From positions 220,255 to 284,254 of the forward strand of contig JAFVVP010000001.1 in the NCBI GenBank assembly GCA_017502135.1: DNA of 64,000 nucleotides, written 5' to 3'. The notes below the pieces were generated by a model. That model worked only from the letters and a program-made list of their open reading frames with translations, was not told the origin of the DNA and did not search any database. This stretch comes from Clostridia bacterium. Its GTDB lineage: Bacteria > Bacillota > Clostridia > Oscillospirales > CAG-272. The position numbers and the translations under genes are program-made. Shown here piece after piece: positions 55,400-64,000 of the stretch; the first letter of the stretch is position 1; every line of letters begins with the position of its first letter.

Positions 55400-56527
55400 T
55401 TAAAGATCGCTTACGTTTTCGCCCGCGATGGCGGCAAGGCCGTAGCGGAGCGCCAAAACGGCGATCTCGCGCTCTCTCGGGGAACCGCTCTCGATTTTTT
55501 CGAGCATCGCGCGGTAGAACGCGCCGCGCACCGTGCGGTCATTTTCGAACTCTCCGGGGTCGAGAAAGGGGACGGTGTTGTCACGGATCTCAACGGAAAA
55601 GAGATCGGAAAAACGTGACTGAAGCGCACGCGTATCCACGATGAGGGAAGGGGAGACGGCACCGGTGAGCACAGCGCGTAAAAGTGTGTCTTCCCCAAAG
55701 CCGCGCCGTTCAATCTCATCGGCCATTGCAGATTCGACTGCGGTCAGCGTCTCGGCACCGGTGCAGTCGATCTGTGCTTCTTCATACCGCCTTTTAGAGA
55801 ACCGGATACGGCGTGCGTGTACCTCAGCCTCGGTGCCGACCTTGTCGATCTCTAAAAGGACCGCGCCTTTTGGACCGATCTCATCGGGCCCGCGCCCCTC
55901 CAGACAGCCCGAGTAGCCGTACACGGCGCCCGCTTCCTTCGTGATTGCGCCGGGGTTGTGGATATGGCCGAGCGCTGTATAGTCCGCGCCGAACGATACG
56001 ATATCGGATCGGGAGATGGGAGAGTAGCGGGAGAGCGGCGAGGCAAGATCTCCGTGCGCGCAGACGAGATTGATGCGCGTGGGATCGTTTACCTCAGCGC
56101 CCGACAGCGGGCAATCCGTTCGCTCGGGGGAGGTGAACGCATAGCCGTACACATCCGCGCCGAGAGTATCGAAGGAGAAACAGGAAAGCGTCGGCTCAGT
56201 GAAAATGTAAACGTTATCCGAAAAAGCGGTTCTCTCCCAGACAGAGCCTGGCGCGTAGCAATCGTGGTTGCCGGGGGAGATGACGATCGATCCCTCAAAC
56301 AGCGAGAACTCCCTTGTGATGAGCGCCATCGTTTCCCGCGTTACGAATTCCGTATCGAAAAGATCGCCCGCTATGAGAATCAGATCGACGGCGTTTTTCC
56401 GTGCGTACTGCATCATGGAGATGAACGACGTGCGAAGCTCTCCGCGGCGGATCTCCGCGCGGCGGGCATCCAGTTTGGAGAAGGGACTGTCCAGATGAAT
56501 ATCGCCGGTGTGCAGAATTTTCAGCAT
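55400..56527 (-). CDS. SbcD/Mre11-like metallophosphoesterase (YhaO-like)
   Basis: Calcineurin-like nuclease motifs 'LHTGDIHLD','LIAGDLFD','GNHD' and 'GHIH'. Confidence 0.8.
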   Translation of the reverse strand: MLKILHTGDIHLDSPFSKLDARRAEIRRGELRTSFISMMQYARKNAVDLILIAGDLFDTEFVTRETMALITREFSLFEGSIVISPGNHDCYAPGSVWERTAFSDNVYIFTEPTLSCFSFDTLGADVYGYAFTSPERTDCPLSGAEVNDPTRINLVCAHGDLASPLSRYSPISRSDIVSFGADYTALGHIHNPGAITKEAGAVYGYSGCLEGRGPDEIGPKGAVLLEIDKVGTEAEVHARRIRFSKRRYEEAQIDCTGAETLTAVESAMADEIERRGFGEDTLLRAVLTGAVSPSLIVDTRALQSRFSDLFSVEIRDNTVPFLDPGEFENDRTVRGAFYRAMLEKIESGSPREREIAVLALRYGLAAIAGENVSDL

Positions 56528-56642
56528 AATAATTCCCCATAGTTCAAATTATGTTTATATAATATTATAACACGCCCGCCCGTGCTCGGCAAGGAAAAAA
56601 AGAGATTTTTAAAAAGCCTATGATGCGGGCAGAGAAAAAAGA

Positions 56643-56671
56643 TTGTAATTTCTTCACCGATGTGCTATACT
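56643..56671 (+). promoter_or_regulatory. sigma-A promoter of rbfA-nrnA-truB
   Basis: TTGTAA (56643..56648), a 17-nt spacer, then TGcTATACT (-10 at 56666..56671). Confidence 0.65.
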
Positions 56672-56727
56672 ATTTCTGTAATATAACGCTTTATCCCGAT
56701 AAAAAGAAAATCGACAGGAGGCAAGGC

Positions 56728-57099
56728 ATGCCGAAATATAAACGTCAGCGTGTAAACGATTCCGTTATGCAGGAGATTTCCCTCATCGTAAGAGAAGTCA
56801 AGGACCCGCGCGTCGGAATGATCACCGTAACCGGCGCTGAGGTCAGCGGCGATCTAAAATACGCGAAGATCTTTTTCTCCGCTTTTGACGGAGATGTTAA
56901 GGAAACGATGAAAGGGCTAAAATCCGCCTCGGGATTCATCCGTTCCCAGTTGGCAAGACGTCTGAATCTCCGTGCAACGCCGGAGCTTACGTTCGTGCAC
57001 GATAATTCCGTCAGCCACGGCGCGGAGATTGCCGCAATCTTAAGTACGCTCGATATCCACGACGACGAGGGGACAGAGAATGAGGACGGCGATGTCTGA
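56728..57099 (+). CDS. rbfA: ribosome-binding factor A
   Basis: 'RVNDSVMQEISLIVREVKDPRVGMITVTGAEVSGDLKYAKIFFS' is typical of RbfA. The ATG at 56728 follows the 'aggagg' RBS. Confidence 0.9.
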   Translation: MPKYKRQRVNDSVMQEISLIVREVKDPRVGMITVTGAEVSGDLKYAKIFFSAFDGDVKETMKGLKSASGFIRSQLARRLNLRATPELTFVHDNSVSHGAEIAAILSTLDIHDDEGTENEDGDV

Positions 57100-58129
57100 T
57101 TTTCTTGAAATCCCGCTTGCCGAGGCGGCACATCGCCTCCTTGAGAGCGAGCGTGTTCTTATCTTCGTTCATCAGAATCCGGATGGGGACTGCGTCGGCA
57201 GCGGCTTTGCGCTGGCCGAGATGCTCAGAAACATGGGAAAGAGCGCCTACGTCGTTTGCGCAGACGAGATTCCCAAACGGCTCCGTTTTCTTATGCGCGG
57301 ACAGGATGACTGCCGCTACACGGAGGGAATGGAGGACGGCTGCGATCTTCTCTGCGCGGTCGATACGGCATCCGTCTCCCAGCTTGGCGCTCTCGGCGCG
57401 CTTGCCCCGAAGATAACGCTCAGCCTCGATCATCACGAATCAAACGCTGCGTTCTCGGATAACTGCACGTGCCCTGATGCTGCTGCCTGTGGTGAACTCT
57501 TATTCGATCTGTACGGCATCTTTCAAGACATGGGGCATCTTCAGCATTTGGCGGACGTATGCCGTCTTCTCTACGCCGCGATCGTATCCGATACGGGCAG
57601 TTTTAAGTTCGCCAATACTACGAGAGATACGCTTTTGAAAGCGGCTGATCTCGTGGACGCGATCCGCAAGGCCGAGGACGGCGGGGACGATCTTCCGATG
57701 ATCAATCACCGCCTTTTTGAGAACCGCACCATGACGGAACTGTACGCACAGCGCGCGGGCATTGACGCGCTCCGCTTTGCGCACAGCGGCGAAGTGGGCG
57801 TCGTCGTATTCACAGCCGAAATGCTCCGTGAAAACGGCATCACTCTTGAAGATATCGGCAATATCGTTTCTCTTCCGCGCGCGGTGGAGGGTGTGAAGAT
57901 CGCTGTCTCCGTAAAACAGTCGCTCGAAGATCCTACCGTCTGGCGTGTCAGCTCCCGTGCCTCGGTTGACGTGGATGTAGCCGCGGTATGTGCCGCATTC
58001 GGCGGCGGCGGACACCGCCGCGCGGCGGGATGCACCGTTTCAGCCCCCGACGCGGATACTGCCTTCTCGATCGTAGCGGAAGCATTTGGTGCGGTGCTCG
58101 ATCGGAGTGCTATGGAGGTAAAACAGTGA
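57080..58129 (+). CDS. nrnA: DHH/DHHA1 phosphoesterase (NrnA-type oligoribonuclease/pAp phosphatase)
   Basis: Has 'HQNPDGDCVGS','DHH' and the DHHA1 motif 'GGGGHRRAAG'. Confidence 0.8.
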   Translation: MRTAMSDFLEIPLAEAAHRLLESERVLIFVHQNPDGDCVGSGFALAEMLRNMGKSAYVVCADEIPKRLRFLMRGQDDCRYTEGMEDGCDLLCAVDTASVSQLGALGALAPKITLSLDHHESNAAFSDNCTCPDAAACGELLFDLYGIFQDMGHLQHLADVCRLLYAAIVSDTGSFKFANTTRDTLLKAADLVDAIRKAEDGGDDLPMINHRLFENRTMTELYAQRAGIDALRFAHSGEVGVVVFTAEMLRENGITLEDIGNIVSLPRAVEGVKIAVSVKQSLEDPTVWRVSSRASVDVDVAAVCAAFGGGGHRRAAGCTVSAPDADTAFSIVAEAFGAVLDRSAMEVKQ

Positions 58130-59046
58130 AGGCGCCTGCATCCGTATCCGGTATCCTGATCGTAAATAAGCACGCGGGTGTTACCTCGGCAGATATCGTA
58201 AACCGTCTCCGCCGCCTCTACGGCACAAGGCAGGTGGGGCATACCGGCACGCTGGATCCCATGGCGACGGGCGTTCTGCCCGTGCTTATCGGCAGAGCGG
58301 TCAAGGCCGCCGATTTTATCGTTTCGGAAAATAAGCGCTATACCGCTGAGATGAGACTCGGCATCACGACGGACACCGAGGACACGACGGGCACGGTTCT
58401 GACGACGTCCGAAGAACTTCCCGGACAGGCGGAGGTGCTTGACGCCGCCGCACGGTTCGTAGGTGATATTTTGCAGATTCCGCCCATGTACAGTGCGCTC
58501 AAAGTAAACGGCAAGAAACTCGTAGACCTCGCCCGTGAGGGCATCACGATAGAGCGCGAGGCGCGCCCGATCCGTATTGAATCGCTCGCGGCGGTGCGGC
58601 TTTCGGACAATCTGTACCGACTCGACGTGCGTTGTTCGAAGGGTACATATATCCGCACGCTTTGCGCCGATATCGGTGCATCTCTCGGGTGCGGTGCCGC
58701 TATGGCATCGCTCATCCGTACGGAAAGCGGCCCTTTTTCACTGGAGGATGCGATCACCGTCGCACAACTCGAGGAAATGACGAGCGAAGAACGTGCTGCG
58801 TGCATCATTCCGCTCGACCGTTTTTTTGCCGACTGTCCATCCGTTCATCTTTCGGATTTTTACGCCCGCCTTGCTCACAACGGCTGTGAGGTGTATCAGA
58901 AAAAGATCGGCACGACGCTCCCCGACGGGGCGCTTGTCCGACTCTACCGATCCATCTCGGAGGGGGACGAATTCTTTGCTCTCGGGCGTGTTATGAAATA
59001 CGCGGACGGCTCTGCCGTAAAGCCCGTGAAACTGTTCGTTTTGTAA
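58126..59046 (+). CDS. truB: tRNA pseudouridine(55) synthase
   Basis: Has 'GILIVNKHAGVTSADIV','GHTGTLDPMATGVLPV' (catalytic Asp) and 'PPMYSALKVNGKKL'. The GTG at 58126 follows the 'ggaggt' RBS and overlaps the nrnA stop (GTGA). Confidence 0.9.
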   Translation: MKAPASVSGILIVNKHAGVTSADIVNRLRRLYGTRQVGHTGTLDPMATGVLPVLIGRAVKAADFIVSENKRYTAEMRLGITTDTEDTTGTVLTTSEELPGQAEVLDAAARFVGDILQIPPMYSALKVNGKKLVDLAREGITIEREARPIRIESLAAVRLSDNLYRLDVRCSKGTYIRTLCADIGASLGCGAAMASLIRTESGPFSLEDAITVAQLEEMTSEERAACIIPLDRFFADCPSVHLSDFYARLAHNGCEVYQKKIGTTLPDGALVRLYRSISEGDEFFALGRVMKYADGSAVKPVKLFVL

Positions 59047-59069
59047 TTTTGCATCCATCGGAGGTTAAT

Positions 59070-59648
59070 ATGGGGATCTACGATCTCGTTCTCAAAAACA
59101 GAAGTTATCGCTCTTTCGATGCGGCACATGCCGTAACGGAGGAGGAACTTCGTACTTTCGTTGAGGCTGCCCGCATTTGCCCATCTGCCGCGAACCGTCA
59201 GCCTCTCCGTTACCGTCCCTGCTGTACGCCTGAGGATATGAAAAAGGTGCTCCCGCACACGAAATGGGCGGCGGCGCTCCCGAAATGGCATTTCCCGCCT
59301 GAGGGACACGAGCCGACTGCGGCTATCGTGATCTGCCATGACAAAACCGTCAATCCGGCAGAGAATACGTCTGCGACGGACGTAGGAATCGCCGCGCAGA
59401 CGATCCTCCTTCTCGCTGCCGAGTTTGGTCTCGGCGGCTGTATGATCGGAAGTTTTGATCGTGCGGGGATAGCGAAGGATCTTGGCCTGGCCGAGCATCT
59501 CGCGCCGGTTCTCATTCTGGCGATCGGTAAGCCTGATGAAACAGTCGTTCTCGAAACGGCGGGGAAGGGTGAAAGCACCACATATTTTAGGGACGATAAG
59601 GGCGTTCATCACGTCCCAAAGCGCGCTCTCACAGATATTCTCATCTGA
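59070..59648 (+). CDS. nitroreductase-family protein
   Basis: Has 'NRSYRSF...' and 'ARICPSAANRQPLRY', typical of the FMN nitroreductase fold. The ATG at 59070 follows the 'ggagg' RBS. Confidence 0.75.
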   Translation: MGIYDLVLKNRSYRSFDAAHAVTEEELRTFVEAARICPSAANRQPLRYRPCCTPEDMKKVLPHTKWAAALPKWHFPPEGHEPTAAIVICHDKTVNPAENTSATDVGIAAQTILLLAAEFGLGGCMIGSFDRAGIAKDLGLAEHLAPVLILAIGKPDETVVLETAGKGESTTYFRDDKGVHHVPKRALTDILI

Positions 59649-59654
59649 AAAAAG

Positions 59655-59686
59655 AAAACCGGAATCCGATCGGATTCCGGTTTTTT
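59655..59686. terminator. bidirectional terminator
   Basis: AAAACCGGAATCCGATCGGATTCCGGTTTTTT, a perfect palindrome. Confidence 0.85.
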
Positions 59687-59707
59687 GCGTTTGCAGAAGA
59701 AACGAGA

Positions 59708-61120
59708 TTATTTGGCGTTTGCATAAGCTGAGCGCGAATCGGTCTTTTTCGCGTCTCCGAGGAGCATAAGCGCATCATAGATGCCTGAGAGCGAGAGGAG
59801 CGACGCATCGGATGTTTTCGTGAGAGAGTCGTTTATGCACCGCTTCGGCAAGGCGATCTTCGTGAAGCCGAGGCGCGAAGCTTCTTTTACTCTTTGGGCG
59901 GCAGACGTAACGGTACGGAACTCGCCCGCAAGGCCGATCTCGCCCATGGCGATGAGATTCGGCGGAATCACGATGTCTCTGAGGCTCGAGATGAGAGCGA
60001 GCGCGACTGCCGCGTCCGCGCCCGGGTCGTCAATGCGAAGTCCGCCGATGACGTTCAGATACACGTCGCAGGCAGAAAAGCGTAGTCCGAGCCGTTTTTC
60101 CAAAACGGCAAGGAGAAGACACATCCGGTTGTAATCAATGCCGTTCGAGGTGCGGCGGGGCGCAGGAAAGGTCGTCGGTGTTACGAGCGCCTGAATTTCC
60201 GCGATGATGGGGCGCGAGCCTTCCATTGTGCATACGGCGCAGCTGCCTGATACGTTAAGCGGACGTTCGAGAAGGAGCATGGCAGATGGATTTTCTACCT
60301 CGGTAAGCCCCTTGTCGTCCATCTGGAAAACGCCGATCTCGTTGGTCGAACCGTAGCGGTTTTTCGCCGCCCGTACGATACGGTGCGGCTGCGTGCGGTC
60401 GCCTTCGAAATACAGAACCGCATCCACCATATGTTCGAGCACCTTCGGGCCGGCGATTCCGCCCTCTTTGTTTACGTGTCCGACGATAATGATCGACGTG
60501 CCGTCGGCTTTTGCCCGCCCCATAAGAGCACCTGCACACTCGCGCACCTGCGTTATACTGCCGGGTGCGGAGGCGGCGTTTGCCGAGTAGATCGTCTGGA
60601 TAGAATCGGCGATAAGAATTTCGGGCTGTACGCGATCGTATTCATTCAGGATCGTGTCAAGATCCGTTTCGGTGAGAAGCATGATCTTCGCGCCTTCGGT
60701 TCCGAGCCGCTGGGCGCGCATTTTGAGCTGCGGGCGCGATTCCTCGCCGGAGACGTACAGAATCTTTTTCTCGTTTCCGAGCGCCCCGCACAGCTGCATA
60801 AGGAGCGTAGATTTGCCGATACCCGGCTCGCCCGCCAAAAGAACGACGGATCCTTCGACAAGGCCGCCGCCCAGTACGCGGTCCAGTTCCATTATGCCTG
60901 TTACCGTGCGGGTGCAGTCTTCTTTTGCGAGCTCGTCGATGGGGACGGCATGGGAGCGCACGCCGGACGGACGAGATGCGCCTCCCCTGCCCGGAGCGGG
61001 CGCTGAGTACGTTTCCTCAACGAGCGTATTCCACATGCCGCAGGCAGGACAGACGCCGTACCATTTCGGGCTTTGCGCATCACATTCCGTGCATACAAAA
61101 ACTTTTTTCGGTGCTTTCAT
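59708..61120 (-). CDS. radA: DNA repair protein RadA/Sms
   Basis: Has the zinc ribbon 'FVCTECDAQSPKWYGVCPACGMWNT', Walker A 'GEPGIGKST', the 'KNRYG' motif and a Lon-like C-terminal domain. The start at 61120 was chosen by alignment logic and a 'gaaggt' RBS; upstream ATGs exist at 61150 and 61180. Confidence 0.9.
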   Translation of the reverse strand: MKAPKKVFVCTECDAQSPKWYGVCPACGMWNTLVEETYSAPAPGRGGASRPSGVRSHAVPIDELAKEDCTRTVTGIMELDRVLGGGLVEGSVVLLAGEPGIGKSTLLMQLCGALGNEKKILYVSGEESRPQLKMRAQRLGTEGAKIMLLTETDLDTILNEYDRVQPEILIADSIQTIYSANAASAPGSITQVRECAGALMGRAKADGTSIIIVGHVNKEGGIAGPKVLEHMVDAVLYFEGDRTQPHRIVRAAKNRYGSTNEIGVFQMDDKGLTEVENPSAMLLLERPLNVSGSCAVCTMEGSRPIIAEIQALVTPTTFPAPRRTSNGIDYNRMCLLLAVLEKRLGLRFSACDVYLNVIGGLRIDDPGADAAVALALISSLRDIVIPPNLIAMGEIGLAGEFRTVTSAAQRVKEASRLGFTKIALPKRCINDSLTKTSDASLLSLSGIYDALMLLGDAKKTDSRSAYANAK

Positions 61121-61202
61121 CTTTACCTTCGTCCTTTTGATCTTCTTCATCAAAATTCTCTTTTTATCATTATACACCAATCCCTAAAATAAAGCAAGGG
61201 GA

Positions 61203-61961
61203 CTACGCGCCTATTTCTCCCGTGCTCTCCGCGATCGCCGCGGCGATCGTAAGCGCCAACTGTTTTTGATAGATGGAATCGGTGAGGTTTTGCAGTTCCG
61301 CCTCGTTTGAGAGGAAGCCGCATTCGATCATGATTGCGGGCATTTCGGCGCGTGAGAGCAGATAAATAGCCGATGAAGAGCGCTTCGTTACGCGGGTGTT
61401 GTCTTTTTGGAGATACAGCTTTGCGTAATTTTGTACCGTGTCGGCAATCGTTTGGCTCTCCGCCGCCCCGGGAGAGTAATACACCTGGAGCCCCTTGTAT
61501 TTTTCCTCGGGGAATTTGTTCATATGGATGCTGACGAAGAGATCTGCATCTGCCTCTCTTGCAAAACGGAGCCGGTTTCTCAGATCGTACGTTTTCTTGT
61601 GACCCGTATAATCGGAAAGATCACCGTACAGATCGTAGAGAAGTCTGTCGTCCGTACGGGTAAGTCGTACGTCGTAGCCGGCGGCGGTGAGAATGTCGCC
61701 CACGGCTTTGGCAACCGTGAGGTTAAGATCCTTCTCGACGGTGCCGTCCGCCCCCGACGCACCGCCGTCCTCACCGCCGTGTCCGGGATCGAGCACAATG
61801 ACGAGGGGGGAAGTCTCTACGGTGTCAGCGGCCGTGTGCACTGCCGTAAATCCCGTGATACGCAAAGCGGCGGCGAAAACGAAAACGGATGACATGGCGA
61901 ATATGAGCGCGAAAAAGAAAAAATCCGACAGATAACGGCGCCTTGCAGCCGAGGCTTTCAT
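61203..61961 (-). CDS. cwlD: N-acetylmuramoyl-L-alanine amidase (CwlD-like, Amidase_3)
   Basis: N-terminal membrane anchor followed by 'LDPGHGGEDGGA','NLTVA','SIHMN' and 'IECGFLSN' Amidase_3 motifs. Confidence 0.7.
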   Translation of the reverse strand: MKASAARRRYLSDFFFFALIFAMSSVFVFAAALRITGFTAVHTAADTVETSPLVIVLDPGHGGEDGGASGADGTVEKDLNLTVAKAVGDILTAAGYDVRLTRTDDRLLYDLYGDLSDYTGHKKTYDLRNRLRFAREADADLFVSIHMNKFPEEKYKGLQVYYSPGAAESQTIADTVQNYAKLYLQKDNTRVTKRSSSAIYLLSRAEMPAIMIECGFLSNEAELQNLTDSIYQKQLALTIAAAIAESTGEIGA

Positions 61962-62026
61962 AAAACACCTCCGAGAGATAAATCGTACGTTTTATTCCAT
62001 CTATACGCCGATGCCGTCGTGAATAT

Positions 62027-62055
62027 GAAAAAGCACGCCGAGAGGCGTGCTTTTT
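62027..62055. terminator. rho-independent terminator
   Basis: AAAAAGCACGCC-gaga-GGCGTGCTTTTT lies immediately after the stop of the 62061..62636 gene. Confidence 0.8.
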
Positions 62056-62060
62056 GTGCG

Positions 62061-62636
62061 TCATTTTTTGTCGGCGGTTTTCTTTTTCTGCTTTATGAGC
62101 CGCCACTGGCGAAGTCCCATCCAGTAGCTCGCAAAACAGCCGAGGATAACGGGGATCGGGACGGCGAGGTAGATGTATGTGCTCGTGGGGAAGATGTAGC
62201 GGATGATACCGATATACATACCCTGCCAGAGGAACGCAATCGCTCCCGTGATGTCGGATAGTTTTGCGGCAAAGGACCAGCCGAGAAGGCCTTCGGGATT
62301 ACCGAGAAAGAAGCCGACGGCGGTGAGCACGCCGAGGATGATGTTCGGGAGAGACGCGATGATGCCTATCCAGAGACCGGTCAGGGGATTGTACCTTTCA
62401 CGGCCGGCATCCACACGGATACGGCTTTTTGCGCCTTCTTCCCACACGACCGTGTGATTGAGATACAGAATGAAGCCGACGGAGAAGATACTCGTCCAGA
62501 AAAGCAGCTGCATATTCTCACTGGGGACGGCAAGTCCGAGCGCAATCGCTAAAAAGGCTGCGCCGAACTGATTAGACGTAAGGCGTATAATGGTACGGGA
62601 ATGTTCGCGGAAAAAATTCAGCATAGAGGTGTGCAC
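62061..62636 (-). CDS. hypothetical integral membrane protein
   Basis: 191-aa ORF with about 5 hydrophobic helices and a Lys-rich tail. No family was recognised. Confidence 0.5.
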   Translation of the reverse strand: MHTSMLNFFREHSRTIIRLTSNQFGAAFLAIALGLAVPSENMQLLFWTSIFSVGFILYLNHTVVWEEGAKSRIRVDAGRERYNPLTGLWIGIIASLPNIILGVLTAVGFFLGNPEGLLGWSFAAKLSDITGAIAFLWQGMYIGIIRYIFPTSTYIYLAVPIPVILGCFASYWMGLRQWRLIKQKKKTADKK

Positions 62637-62835
62637 GGTCGGATACCGCGCGTTCCTTTCACGTTCATCGTAAAATAGGGGAGCGTCGTCTGCTCCGATA
62701 CCTATATTGTATATAAAAAATCCCCGTAATACAAGCGATGGGAGTGAAAATTTACAATCTATCCATTAAAAACATAATATTCGTTGTATAATAGAAGATA
62801 GAAAATATGAAAACATCGGGAAAGGAAACGTTGAT

Positions 62836-63885
62836 ATGGCACAGGTTATCAGCGAATATCCGCCGCTCGTGCGGGAGTTTGCCGCGTATAAGCAGTCGAT
62901 CCAAGGGTGCTCACCGAAAACGGTCAGCGAATATCTGTTTGATCTCAGAACATTCTGCCGTTACCTGATCGTCACGCGTGAGGGAGGAAAGCCGACTGCC
63001 GAAACTTTGAAGGACGTTCCGTTCTCCCATCTTGATCTCGCGTTTTTTAAATCCGTTACAACGCTTGAGATTTATGAATTCCTCTTTTACGCGGGAGAGG
63101 GACGCGGCAACGAGAACAGCGCCAAATCCCGTAAGCTTTGCGCGATACGGATGTTTTATAAGTATCTCACGGTGAAGCGGGGGCTTATGGAAAACAGCCC
63201 TGCGGCCAATATCGAATCCCCGAAACAGAAACGGCAGCTTCCAAAGCATCTGTCCGTGGATGAGAGCGTGTCGCTTCTGACTGCCGTGCAGTCGGATACG
63301 GATTCGACCTCACGTGCCCGCGATTATGCGATCCTCACCTTGTTCCTCAACTGCGGGCTCCGCCTTTCGGAGCTCTGCGGAATCCGTTTTGCGGATATCG
63401 ATCCGGATCTTCGTTCTATGCGCGTTATCGGTAAAGGTGCGAAGGAGCGCGTCGTTTACCTAAACGATGCGTGCAAAGAAGCACTTACGGCGTATCTGCC
63501 GATCCGCCGTGCAATCGTAACGAAACCGGGAGAGGGCGATATGCTGTTCGTCAGCCGCCAAGGGAAGGGAATCAGTGTCAAGACCGTCCAGTGGATGGTG
63601 AAAAAATATCTCCGCGCCGCAGGACTTGAATACAAAAATTACTCTACCCATAAACTCCGTCATACGGCGGCAACGCTCATGTACCAGACGGGCAAGGTGG
63701 ATATCCGTGTTCTGAAGGATATCCTCGGGCACGAGCAGCTGACCACCACCCAGATCTACACGCACGTGAGCGATAAAGGCATGGAAGACGCCATGTCGGA
63801 AAATCCGCTGGCGGCGGTGTCAATCCAGCCGAAAAAGAAACGGCTCGCCGAGGTGGACGAGCCGTCAAAGGATTCCGATTACTGA
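62836..63885 (+). CDS. tyrosine site-specific recombinase (XerC/XerD family)
   Basis: N-terminal SAM-like core-binding domain, catalytic 'GLRLSEL' (Arg), 'HKLRHTAAT' (HxxR) and 'LGHEQLTTTQIYTHV' (His...Tyr). It has an unusual ~35-aa acidic C-terminal tail. Confidence 0.8.
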   Translation: MAQVISEYPPLVREFAAYKQSIQGCSPKTVSEYLFDLRTFCRYLIVTREGGKPTAETLKDVPFSHLDLAFFKSVTTLEIYEFLFYAGEGRGNENSAKSRKLCAIRMFYKYLTVKRGLMENSPAANIESPKQKRQLPKHLSVDESVSLLTAVQSDTDSTSRARDYAILTLFLNCGLRLSELCGIRFADIDPDLRSMRVIGKGAKERVVYLNDACKEALTAYLPIRRAIVTKPGEGDMLFVSRQGKGISVKTVQWMVKKYLRAAGLEYKNYSTHKLRHTAATLMYQTGKVDIRVLKDILGHEQLTTTQIYTHVSDKGMEDAMSENPLAAVSIQPKKKRLAEVDEPSKDSDY

Positions 63886-64000
63886 TTTTTCAACATACGC
63901 GCCGCCGCGAGAAGCGCATCCCGATCGTTGGGAAGCTCGCCGGCAATTACGCGCTCGGTTAGGGATTTAAGAATCTGACCGATGAGGGGACCGGCGGGGA
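63879..64000 (-). CDS. 3' end of a gene continuing beyond the window (last 39 codons)
   Basis: Hand translation gives ...PAGPLIGQILKSLTERVIAGELPNDRDALLAAARMLKNQ*. It resembles the C-terminal helix of CCA-adding/poly(A) polymerase-family enzymes, but too little sequence is present to be sure. Its stop overlaps the recombinase 3' end by 7 nt. Confidence 0.3.
   Translation of the reverse strand, partial: PAGPLIGQILKSLTERVIAGELPNDRDALLAAARMLKNQ

Noticed and set aside
54236-55618. 460-aa plus-strand ORF
   Set aside because: Antisense shadow across the yhaN-like and yhaO-like genes.
62836-63885. Tyrosine recombinase as marker of an integrated mobile element
   Set aside because: No flanking direct repeats, excisionase, phage or conjugation genes are visible. 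The neighbours are housekeeping genes (cwlD-like, radA). It is more consistent with a chromosomal Xer-type recombinase, although the window ends 115 nt downstream.
1-64000. CRISPR arrays, rRNA genes, IS elements or transposases, toxin-antitoxin pairs
   Set aside because: Visual scanning of intergenic regions and the ORF track found no short regularly spaced repeats, no rRNA-like sequence, no transposase-like ORFs and no small adjacent TA-like gene pairs.

Overview
This window is a Firmicutes (Clostridia-type) chromosomal segment. Sporulation genes (spoVT, cwlD-like), a SCIFF ranthipeptide pair and a T-box leader support that placement. About 60 genes are supportable.

The dominant feature is a ~22.4 kb block of 22 co-directional minus-strand genes (5760..28120). 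It is a Wzx/Wzy-dependent cell-surface polysaccharide locus, driven by a near-consensus sigma-A promoter at 28092..28120. Its parts, from promoter end to distal end, are:
- a DegT-type aminotransferase and a PglC-like initiating phosphoglycosyltransferase;
- four glycosyltransferases, three hexapeptide acyltransferases, Wzy and Wzx;
- an unusual amidation module: two TupA-like ATP-grasp amidoligases bracketing an opine-synthase-like dehydrogenase, followed by a CapA-like protein and a gutted Asp/Glu-racemase relic;
- the UDP-L-FucNAc pathway (fnlABC-type);
- a uronic-acid supply tail: a UDP-GlcA 4-epimerase-like SDR, a galactokinase-family kinase and a nucleotidyltransferase.

The most interesting hypothesis is that this locus makes a glycan whose uronic acid is amide-linked to an amino acid or an opine-type N-(1-carboxyethyl) amino acid.

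Other supported features:
- an unannotated 48-aa SCIFF precursor next to its radical-SAM maturase;
- a Met-specifier T-box leader controlling a membrane-anchored PstS-like binding protein plus metY-metA;
- a Zur-box-controlled zur-znuACB operon;
- an AraC-linked alpha-galactosidase / sugar-acid dehydratase / KDPG-aldolase / SDR operon with no kinase;
- glnA, hflKC, ispE, a YhaO/YhaN-type SbcCD-like pair, rbfA-nrnA-truB, radA, tRNA-Leu(UAG) and a XerC-type recombinase.

No CRISPR array, rRNA, transposase or prophage signature was seen. Many very long ORFs in the track (up to 884 aa) are antisense shadow ORFs and were rejected.
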